From Balanoglossus misakiensis (lineage: Eukaryota; Animalia; Hemichordata): DNA of 64,000 nucleotides. Below are positions 12,101-24,100 of this stretch, in pieces. Position 1 is the first letter of the stretch. Each line of letters begins with the position of its first letter. Under the pieces are notes generated by a model. That model ran no database searches. It was not told the DNA's origin and was given only the letters and a program-made list of their open reading frames with translations. The position numbers were made by a program, and so were the translations under genes. Location of the stretch: positions 7,831,919 to 7,895,918 of the forward strand of contig CM082584.2 of the NCBI GenBank assembly GCA_040954595.2, written 5' to 3'.

Positions 12101-15100
12101 ACCAAGGATACATTACAAATCCTTGGAGAGTTCAATCGAGTGTTATCCCCATTTCGGCCAAGTCCCGAGCCTGTTGTGCCAACAACTTGAAGTCTGCGGC
12201 ACAAAGAACGTCACCCCCCTTGATGGGAGACAGCTTTCAAGTAAAGGAGAGTTCCTTTTTTCCTGAAAGTCCACACACAGGACAGCGTACGTGTCGTTTT
12301 TGAGTATCAAATGTCCTGGAGGGTAAAGACCGCGATGTTCAGACGCAATCTGCTTCAAGGGGACAAAGCCTGCCAAATCATGCAGAAAGCCGTTAAAAAA
12401 GGGGACACACTCGTCCAGCTTTTGAAGGTCAATTACGGCATAAATTTTGGAATGACTTCTTTGCTACCTTTTGTGCGCTTGGGTTGTGTATAGTTTTGAA
12501 TTGTGATCGCGGCGGCGTACGACAGGTGTGCTGGCCGAGTGTGTGTATTGTCGCCGTGGAAACAGGAAGCGTTGCAGCTGTGCATCACTGAATAGTCTCA
12601 GAAGTACAACATCATTACTGGTACGACTGGAGCTGTCATTTTTATTTCTCTATCACCTTTTCACATTCCATTATTCTTGTGGTGACTTAACTATACAAAT
12701 ATTGATCTTTTTCTTTCTAGTTTCGGTGGTCATCGTACAAATTCTAAAGAAACAGTCGACCATTCCAACCACACAAAGATGGTTTCTCTTTGGTCAAGGT
12801 CCTCTATGCTGTGTGTACATTGTGGGGTGCCAATTGACAAGTGCATCGTACACTGGCATAGCGCTCAAGGCCAAGAACGACAGCTGGGAGTTCGCACATC
12901 TCATGAATTATTCATAAAACGACATCAGAAATTTGAGTGTGTGATCATACATTAAAGGGGCAACGTCAAATGTAAACTCATCTGCAAAAATGTTTGGGTA
13001 TCCACAGAAGTGTGTAAACATTTGACACACAAGTCCAACAAGACTTGAGTTGATTTGCTCTTTTCTATTGATTTTAGGACCAGATTTAAATAATGATTTT
13101 TCCAAAAAATACAATCAATAACTTAAATCAGATTTTTTTTCTGAAGAAAGAACTTGACAGACCTATATTTTTCATGGTAAATATGTCACACAACAAACAA
13201 CGCATTTATCTCATACTGGCAGGCAAAGGGATAATACACAATAGTTCCTATCCATCAGACCGGGTATTGCCTGTATTGGAATTTCATTTAATTTAAACCA
13301 GGCCCCTACCGACGCTTCAGCACCGGGGCTCGCTGCTAAAAGCACTGTGTAGAACACACAATGGCCATACATACAGGCACCAGATAGTTTGCTTTGGAAC
13401 TGCTGTTGTTTTGACGACAGAATTTTCCAAACAAGAAACGGAAGGATCGGGGTCTGCCAGGGCATCTGAGAGAGCAGACGTCACAGAATTAAATCTAGTT
13501 CAGGTTTTGAACTCATGCATGACGATCTAGTTTCCGTTGCACTGGGAGCTTCTTTAACCCCGTTCAGTTTTCACACGGCTTTTCAACCAGAAATTAATCT
13601 TAGTAGTTTGACACTGCGGTTTAACATCATCATGTTTATTATTTTTGCATACAGGTATTCACCATGTTTATGAGTATGAGGATGTTAGTATAATTATTAC
13701 ATGAAAATTTCATTTTCATGACTTTAATCAAACCCATTAAGATATTAAATATTTTTTAAATAGACCATAAATCATGTTACATAAAAACTGTCCACAAGGC
13801 AGGTCTCTACGGGCCAACAAGAGCCATCTCTCTGAAAGGGTATCATCTTTTCTGTGTTTTCCTCAAGGCCTCTAGGGTACACGAACCATGACAAACACAA
13901 ATACTAGTACATTAATTAAAGGGCTTGGCTCGCTCCCGCCATCTGCTGAGTCATGCTAATATCTATCATTTTGACGTATACACACTTAACCCTTTCACCA
14001 TTGTGGTTTGGTCCAAATCCACTGTTTTCTATCGTAAAATTGGACCTCTATAGAGGGAACTGGGAGTGACAGAGTTCAAGGGTGGGGCCATGGGTATGTA
14101 ATGCTCCCTCTATAATCTGGAAACCTGTCTATACCAAACACCTTTTCACGTCCCTTTGACATAGAAGTATATGTTAAAAGAACCTCTATAACCCGGACAC
14201 CTCTGCAAACCGAACAGTTTCTTCAGTCCCTTTGGTGTTCGGTTTAGACAGGTTTTACATGTACCGGTACTGTTATGACAAGAACAAGACAGAGGCCTTC
14301 ACCCTGTACCTGATTTGAATTGAGCGGACACAGGAACAGGTGTGCTGGCTGTCGTAAAAGCCACCCACGTCTAGTCTACCCTGCATTAACCTACAATTCA
14401 AATACAATTTTACTGACTTCAATACTGCCTTGATTACAGTTGAAGCCTTTGAAGCTCAGCTCTGTCGGTGAATGAAGTCAAAAGAGTTCCATCGAGTCAC
14501 AGGTGCACGACTAATATCGAGATGTCATGACTCGCAATTCCACGGCTGTGCAAGCCAGCCGACTAATCAAATGCAACCTCAGAACTTGCATGTAAAAGGG
14601 AGTAGTGATCCCTGCCGCCAGTGTTATAGAGAAATTAACTATTTCAGCTTCATGTCACCAAAAGACAGACAAAATCTGTAGTTTGGGAAGACTGTCATCT
14701 CGAACGCTGATAAGAAGCTCCATACCTTATTTTGCTTTCTCTCTTTCCTGGCTACAGTCTCAATTACAAAGAAGCAACTGATAATATTTTTAAAAAAATC
14801 AGTTTTACCTCTATATGCTGTAATTGTAACATTACTTATCAGGGACGTGATTTTCCTAAACACAAAAAAAAAACTAAATTTGATAAATCAGTGTGAAAGG
14901 GGATGCTTAATGACCAGATGAATATTGCTGTGAATGGCAGTCATGAATTGTATAGTGCAATGTTTGAAAACTTATTGTAGGGACACTTCAAAGGGCCTTT
15001 ATACCACAGTATCGATCCCTGTTCAAAAGATAATACGTGAATAATAATTATCATGACTCAGGTTACTTTTAAGGCAAGTTTAGGCAAATTCTGTTCTATT

Positions 15101-18100
15101 CATCTGTCTTGTAATCGGATTCGGTGTCTACGTATTTGATTGTCCGATGTCCTCGGACAAGCAAGTCATTACTCCAGAAACAAGTCATTACATGAAGAAA
15201 TCGATGATAGATCATTTGTCGGGCAAGGTCCAGGGCAATCGAATCCCTGCAGTGTTCTTTGGTCTTGTGGGATTTGATGTTAACCTTGACAGTGGCATGA
15301 CCATGTTTTTTTTTAAAGGGGCTTAACCCTGTGAATATAATGTCACACTTTTTGCTGTTACAATGTGGTGCAACATTTTTATCATTTTCAGCATTTTTAT
15401 ATGCATGATGTGTATACAGAAAACAATACTTCAACACACAAACAAAGTAAGATCGAAAGAAAGCACATTGTCCCTTTAAAGATGATGGCTTGACATCTAA
15501 AAACAGGTCACTGTTGAGAACATCCACACACACCTAGCTCATTTAATTATATAAAAAATAGAACACACACTGTGAACTTGCACATTTTAATATGAAGGTC
15601 ACCACTCACTCCCCAAATCATAGGACCAAACTTTCAATAAACGCTGACAGTAGGCTTTTGTATACACAACCCTTACATCTGAGATACTGTGCTCACACAA
15701 TAAAAAACATTTCTATGGCCTTTGCTAGAGGAGAAGACAGACGCAACAATACCCCTTTTGGTGTTGTGTTTTGTTAGGGAATATCCAGCAATTTTGTTTG
15801 AAATTCTCCGCAATGAGAAGAGCAAATTGGTTCACCGAATAATAGCGGGAAACTGCGGCCATTGTTTGGAAACTGTGCTTGAAGAACGCAGTGGTCCGCT
15901 CCTGACTTGGTGGTGTGGGACTGGACTGCCTTTTCAGCCGAGACAGAGAAAAGGGGACAAAAATGAGAAGAGAGCTCAACGCTGAATTCAAAGAGTCGGC
16001 CTATACAGACGTGTATGCCCACCAATTTATGTCAAAACATATAGCTGTCGATAATTGCTCGGAGCATGATTTACACCAGTGCTTGTTTGACACCAGATTT
16101 TTCTTGTTGAGTTCAAGAAGGAGGTCGTCCCTTGTGCTACATCAGTACAAAAGCCCCTCCCTGGCCTGGATTTTGACGTAGGTTGGACGTTTGAAAGAAT
16201 CTTTCTATACCCTTTCAACACCATAGTCAAGTCATCATTTTTCACAAAATGAACCTCAGAACTTTTACCATATTTATTTTTTCTAAAATTTTGATCAAGA
16301 CCTGCAGATAGAGGAAAATGATGTCCAAATTTAAATATCCATATGTTTGAGGCATACATACACTATTACAAACTCGAACAGCAACAATTGTCATATACCG
16401 GTATATAGGGAATGAGGTTTTTTCCATTAAGTAATGATTTAAGTAAGTTTTGGCAACAGATGTCAACAGATTGTGTTGATAAACGGATTTCATATGATAG
16501 GTATGGTTCTGTTAAACAGACCAGGGGGATATGAAAGCAACAGAGATTGATTGTCACATTAAATCGGGGAAATGTCATCCTCATGAACATGCAAGACATA
16601 TGGTGCGTGGACAGAGATAAAGAACTTGGGTGCACAGTCAGTATTGCTGTCACCAAACTGAGATTTGTCCATTACGTTGTCAAGTGATTGGATGGATGCA
16701 CACTTGATGTCAAACTCAGAGTAGCAACACCGCAGCAAAGCTAGTACATGTACACTGTACCTGGATGACAATTGTACAAAGGAGGCGCACGCACTTGACC
16801 GGGTCGGAGGTCAGTCCCCCCCCCCCCCCCACCGTTGCCATGGTCACCGGAATTCACCGCCCCTAAACAGACCATGACTAATGAGACCAGAATCCATGAT
16901 CACCGAAACAGACCATGACTAATTGCGGTTTAATTGTCAAATGCCATCACTTCCACGGACCGAGAATGGGTGATGGACTGCGCAGCCTACTTTTATGAAT
17001 TTCAAAGCGAGCACTAAAACCGCGGGTCATTCTCCGCACACAAGGCCTGCGTGCACATCTCATGTGCAAGTTTTCTGCATGAAATCACAGTATAGCCCAA
17101 CTGTTCATTGTAAAAATTAGCAGCTCACTCTCTTTATGTGGAGAGGCTTTCACAACGATTTCAGCTAGCTATAGCATGTAGAAAGAAAATAACTTTGTCC
17201 ATTGTGAACACAAGTGGCCATTGCGAAACTCCAAATACATTCGCTTGTCGTGCATGAAATGATGTCAAAACATGTTGTTGACGTTACTTTTTATCCAATA
17301 AGCATACATTAGCACATATAATTTGACCGTGTTTTCTTCTGAAGCAGAAGACTGCCCAGCACCGTGAAGAACTGATCGTTTGTGAACTGCCATTACCGAT
17401 GGAAACAAACATACTCAATTTCAGCCAACTTTCACCTACCATGGTGATATTGGTTTTTAGTGGAAAATATGCCCTTCAGTTCTTTCTTGGCAAGACTCAA
17501 TAAAATGTCCATTTGTATATTCTGGGGTGAGATGTGTGAGGAGGATTAGAACTCATGGGGGGGGGGGGGGGGGGGGTCAGATATAATCCTGATCAACAAA
17601 AAATGAATGCATCATGGTGGTATAGTCAGACCTGGAATTTTGGCATGGTTATATTTGCGGAAAATAAAAAAGACGTAATGAATATGGAACTTTGCCAGAT
17701 TGACGAACTGTGACCTATCTCTGACAGCGTGCTGTTGTAAGTCGATCACATTTATTTGAAATCTTGGCATACTTAACCCAATTAGCGTAACTACTTACGA
17801 CAACAGCGTTCAGAAAATAAACTTTTAAGCAACTATGAGAAAGTCGTTCAATAAACTGTAATATTGGAATCTTGTGATCATATGACTGACTCCTTTCGAC
17901 CGGTTTTAAGATCGCGCCAAATTCTGGCTGATACCAAGGAGAATTTCAAATCATTTTTTTTTTAACTTCTGTCGTGAGAGGATCTTGAAAGAGGACAGGT
18001 CGATAATCCCAGTGGAGCGTGGAGTATACGTGCGAGTCGACACGTACAACGACTGAAGACCCTCACACAGGTCTTCAAGGAAGCCACCTGTTGACCTCAG

Positions 18101-21100
18101 CGCTCGCCGGAGGCCGACAATTAAAATCCACTGTGCGCAATGGTCTGTGACAGAGATCCTGCAATGCCCGAAGCCACAATCATACACTGTTTGTTCCCAA
18201 ATATACACAGTATTGTGAATCTCCAGAGATATATGTTACACTGGGTCTCAGCCCTCTGTGAAATCAATTTGCGCTGTGAAACCAACCCGAGTAAGGTATA
18301 CATTGACTGAAATAATGACTTGGACGTACCAAGTTTACCGGATAGCTGAGGGGAATAAAGTCATCATGGTGAGAGAAAAAAGACGCTAGCCCTCGGTTGA
18401 AGCAAACAAGCTCACTGTTCGAGCCATCCCCAGTTGATCTATGCACTTCTTGACTGTGACTTTCAAAGTTCATTAAGCCTGCTGTTTTTCATTAGCGTTT
18501 TCAAAGACAACGTTCAAACAACATCAATTCTAAATTAACTTCAAGGGAGTCATAAAGGCTGATTCAATCCTATCCTCTGTCCCCCTCAAAATTAGAACCT
18601 TGATACATAATGCATTTAGGAAGAGCAAAATATCTATTAAGGAAACCACTGGAACCAGAATATCTGTCCTTGATAGAGAGGTGTCCTGATTAAAGAGGTG
18701 TCCGCAAAAGCAGGTATCACTGGACAGTAAAACCTGTCTGAACCAAACCCTGTCTAATCTGGAAACCTGTCTATACCAAACACCTTTTCCAGTCCCTTCA
18801 ACACAGAACCACGTGTTAAAAGAACCTCTATAAACCGGACACCTCTGCAAACCAAACAATTTCTTCAGTATGTCCCTTTGGTGTTCGGTTTAGACAGGTT
18901 TCACTGATGTATTTTAAATCTTACCCGTCTTCGGTAAAACCTGGACCACGTGATGCAGAGCCGCCTGCAGATTGCCGATGCGTACGTGAGCGATGATGGA
19001 GGTGGTGCCGGCCGGGATCAGCCGCATCCCAGTCATCCAATCGAGCGAGCCGTTGAGCGAGCTGACCAGGCTGTTGGTGTGCGTGAAAATGTCGCCGTCC
19101 GGAGGAACCCATGGCCCGCAGATGTTGCTGCCCAGCTGTGTGTCAATTAAGACAAAATAGAGAATTATTTTTATTATACAAATGTACATGAAAGTCTTAT
19201 GCACACTGAAGATGTTAGCCAAACCTGTGGTGGCCACCTCTATATAGTGGCCACTTTAGTTTAATACTAGTCCCTGTGCAATTTAATTTATGTATTACTT
19301 GACCTGTCTATAAAAGCCACCTGTCTGTAAAGGCCAGTTTAGAAAAGTCCTGTGCCATTCCACTGAGGGACTACATGTATGGTGTGAATTTTGGAACCTG
19401 ATTCACGTCTTAATCTGTCTGCAGTGTAAGAAAATAACCCACCAAGTAATAACAGTGTCTGGGCACATGGCTGATGCACTGAAAAAACCTGTGACATGAC
19501 CGTCCATTCAGTAAAGAGCGAAAAAGATTGAGAAACGTAATTTTATCAATTTTCCTGTCAAGCTATATATTACGTGCACCGTATTAGTAGTCTGTGTGCG
19601 AACGGGCTTTGTGATGCATCCGAGCGAATTCCCAAGTCAATCACGCAAAATCTGAAGAGGTTGATATCCCAATCTAACGAAGCCGGCATTGGCAAACATA
19701 TCCCATGTCAGATTTCCAATTACCTTTTCCTGGAATTAAACCCTCCTCTACTTTCTCTGCTGAATAAAAAACGTCCATTTAATGATGATATTGAGAAAAC
19801 ACCGACCAAAGGAAACCCCGGGATGTGTCGTCAAACAACACGAATTTACGGTAGCCCAAGTCATCTTGCATCGAACTGTATTTCAATGTCGAAGTGTAAC
19901 TTCCAACACATTCACATTATTTCTATCCAGCTATATGTTTCCAACTACTCTGATGTAGCATCGCTTGAATAACAGCTTTTTTAACAGTCACACATTTTGC
20001 ATGGGGAACCATTGAATGGGCACATCATTATTGTAAACATTTTACCAACAGGATGCAACATTTATTAATCAGTCTCTAATAATATAAAAGTACAATGTAA
20101 TATGATTGACAAGATTGGAGTTATGAAAACCTGCCATACCGATCAATCAAGATCCTTTCTTACAGCATGTTCATGTGTTCAAGTTCTCCCTCAAAGTTAA
20201 TAAAGGGTCATTATGAGGTAATTTCACTGTACATTAACTTTTGATTTGCTTTGTACAAGGCTCAATTGGGGAGAAAATGATTAAAGAAGGAAAATGATCA
20301 AATCAAAAGTAATTGATTGAAGTTTTCCCGTGGATGATGCCTGCCTTGACTCAGTGGCTTGTGGCCTGAGCTTTGGAGTGTCTCATGCAAACTTCACGCT
20401 TTTTGTAAGCCCCAACCCACCCAAAATGTCGTGCTGCCATTAAACTCAGGCCGGATTGGTGGTCATCACAGCACAATCAATCTCTGTTCACAAACAGTAC
20501 AAGTCATCGAGATGGACAACAACTCCCAGAAAGGGAGAATACAACAGCGTACTAAGTATCTCCAGCACAGTTGTTGTAGCAACAGGGTTCGAAAAAAATG
20601 TCAGTTACTCTTAAAAGCCATTGTTTAGAGACAGTTTCCACGGCGATTCGTCCAAATCATCTACACTGCGACGTTAAACATTTAACCAGGCTGCATGTGG
20701 GTGTATTATTAGAATTCAGGGCGATATCTCACAGAGTTATTTATACGGAGGAGTGTCCGGATGAAAAACCAACAGAGCTGGCACGATTGTTCGCGAATTT
20801 ATCCACACTGCAGCAGTGTCAAATAAATTTACGCACTACGATTCTCGCCAAACAATGGAAACAGGTAAACTTACTTCAAGAGAAACCAACAGAAAGTTCT
20901 TTTCATTATTGTTCGCTTTACAGACAGAGGTGAGTGCACTGTTGCCCCCCTGCAGAATGTCGCACAGCTCTTCAAAAGGCAACTTGAAAACAAGATTACT
21001 ATTCAAATGTTTCAACTGCTGAAGTGATTGAATATATGTCTGACTTGCCGGCTGTGGTTTCTGGTCACGATCGAAAGTGGATGAACACGATTATGCACTA

Positions 21101-24100
21101 ACAGCGACACGCGATTTTCCACAATTCCAGTTTCGAGTTTCCAATCTCAGCAAAAAAAAACATATTATTTGTCTGTCTGATTCAATCCGGCAATTTCCCC
21201 CACCTTCTGTTGGCCTTGTCATTCAGTTTTCCGCTTTGAAATTTTGAAACAATGAGGTTTATTATCTGACGACAGTTATTATGGTAGCTTTTTCATATGA
21301 TGATGGAATTTATTTTGTCTGCTGAACAGTGTTTGACAGTTCCCCACTCACAACCTCCAACATGTCAGTGACATTTTTGTGACTTAATGTGACACAAATT
21401 TGGGTATCAGACCAGAGATCACTTCACTGAAGTTTCTATTTCCATCCGTTATTTAAAAAGTAATCAAGAACTCAGACATGGGGAAAAAAATCTGAACAGT
21501 TTTGACCTAGAACAGGACTTTCAGCAGAGCAATCGCAAACAATAACTTTGACAGTGTTATTTTTTTTAATAAATAAAGTCAGATTAGCCTTCAGAAATAA
21601 AATGGAATTCACGGTTCAGGTTCCTTGCTGGCTGTCGATATCCATCTTGTACAACTTCCCCTGGTTACCATTCTGATAAAGGACGCATGACAAAAAGGCA
21701 GGAAACCTCCTTTGAGGGGTTGCCTAGCAACCGGAACAACCAATAACGCGGCTATTCTCCACCGGTTAGGGACTCTCCAATTGACCAGATTTATCGGAAT
21801 TGCGGGATGTTTCCGTTGCATTCAGAAAACGGCAAAAACTGCCTGTTAAATACTACCCTGGAATGAATGTCGAAAGGACACTCAGTTGACTGCATGCTTT
21901 TCATTTACACGACACAAAACAGCGGGAATTCGCAATTTCTTTTGAACAGAAACCATGATTTGACTGCTAGTGTACACCTGGTCTCCACTATGGGAAGGTT
22001 ATTCAAATGTGACCAACAGAGGATGCTAATTAATTGATCACCATTTGACACTTTCTGATTTATTTATATACATGTACTGTAAAACAGGAAATCTTTACGA
22101 ACAATAAATTTTCGCGAACTTTCCTTATAAAAGATTTAGAGGCAATGAGAAATGAAGTGCATGTTACATCGCAGACAGCAAATGCTAGTATCTGAATGGG
22201 ATGTATGCAACTCAGAACACACAGAAATAAAATCAGATCATCAAACTCGGCTATCACTAGTGAAATGAAAAGTGAACAATACACAGTGAAGTCACTGTTC
22301 ACAGACAAACATCTGTCGTCTCTCCTTTTTGTAAACTGTGTCATTTCAATCTGATTATGAAATAATCCCCATTATAAAATTGCTCTGCTGAAAGGTCTTA
22401 GGGAATAATTGGGTCGCTCAAGGGTCTATGGTCACAGCACTCTGTAACACTTGTTTGGGTATTATCTCATACCAAAGTTTCAGCTCGAAAATTCCCACCT
22501 CCTTTAAAACCAGCACACTAATTTATTCCATATAGAATTATTTACACAATGGACACTAGAAATGAGTCAACTCAGCATAAAATTATGTTTATATAACAAT
22601 TACTGCAAACAGTACTATGGGATGAACTTCATAGCAGTAAAATGCAGTGAGCTCATTGTTTTAATTTGACAATTCACTGTCCTTTTTTATTGAAACAGCA
22701 GCCCAACCCAAACCCAAAACCATTTTATATATTGTGCACAGTTTATTTCCCAACAAGAATTGTGCATACATGTGTACTACAATATATTGTGCTGTATGCA
22801 GGGAGAGTACGTTAAACTTTATTTGCGTTCTTCAACAGTTTAAGGACACAGTCCTGAAAGAAAGTCAGAGTCTATAACAAGACCTTTAACTTCTACTCAG
22901 GACAGCCATTAAGTGTTTCACCTTGTCTGATAATCAAGTAGGCCGTCCGTCACACTCCTGCCGTTACCATGACAGCGTTTATGTTATGGAAGTATTTTTC
23001 CCAGGCAAGAGGCATGTTAGCTATTTCCGACATTATACAATGTACAGGATGGTAGCAGTTGTAATGATTTCTCAAGTAGGCAGAGTGTGGGTATGTACGG
23101 TACACACAGCCATCATGCATGGCTGTCAATAGCTCTGCATGGCAGGGCTGCAGTGTACAATATGTATGCAATGCTTCCACACAATACACAGCCCTGCTGC
23201 GCAGAGCAAGGCTGTCAACAATGCAGAGTGGATTATTAAGTCCTCCTCCTCAAGAGCCCCCAGGGGGGGAGGTAGAGAACGAAACCCCGTCAGGTAGCCA
23301 TAATTGACCTAGTTTCAAGGATATCACTGTATGGGAAATTTGAGGGGGCAAACTTTTTTCAAATTCCCCACGGTGTCGTTCTTGAAAACATTATATGATT
23401 GTACGGTATTGGCTGTGAAACGCACTATGGGACATTTTGATGTGATTGTGGTGTCATACATCCGAATCCTGTGGGACAAGATATCCACGGGTTCACTGAA
23501 GGGACATTCAACTGAGCTGCTGGTGTAGTCTGTTAATTCTCCTGACAGAGACACAGACCTCAGCAAGTGACTATTAGCCTGTGAAATCAAGTGTAAACAA
23601 ATTTACACTCTGCTGTCTACTTCCTGGCTTCAAAATAAAAACTTGCATGCTAAAAGCAGCAACTGCTTTTTACTCATTATTAATTCTAATACGGTCTGAT
23701 TGTCTTCTTTTAGTTAAAGCCACCATTTGAAAATTTGAAGGCCGAAACTTCAAGGAGATCCTGTAAAACCCATATGCTTATCAGGACACCTGTTATTAAA
23801 TCAGGGTATTTTTCGTTTCGGCAGCTGAAGAGATTTTCACTTGTTTCCCCCAAGGACAACTGGGAGAAAGAAACACTTTGCAGTGTTCTAACACAGGTTT
23901 TATAATTGTACGGTACTTTAGGATATTTCCCTCGAACAAAGTTTCGCTTTATCCCACCTGGTTCAACATTGCACTGGCTAATCAAACGTGTCACCTTATG
24001 GATAGATCCACGGTCACCTACAGTACCGAGTACACTTGCCTAAGCTGTGTTTTGTCTGCTCTGGAAGCACAGCGAACAAAACATGGCTAGATACTAGACT

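Noticed and set aside
15313-15479. TTAA-AGGG...CCCT-TTAA as a small MITE
   Set aside because: The inverted match is only about 4 bp beyond TTAA; too weak to support.
15722-16181. Cluster of 83-88 aa ORFs, possibly a decayed transposase
   Set aside because: No recognisable domain or splice-consistent structure; cannot be supported without a search.
17436-17445. caccATG|gtaggt on the minus strand as another rGC first exon
   Set aside because: A single short motif with no supporting promoter or exon context; expected by chance.
20870-20906. Minus-strand MKRTFCWFLL followed by a gtaag donor
   Set aside because: A phase 2 donor does not fit the next rGC exons (phase 0 and 1); better explained as the reverse of the + strand exon.
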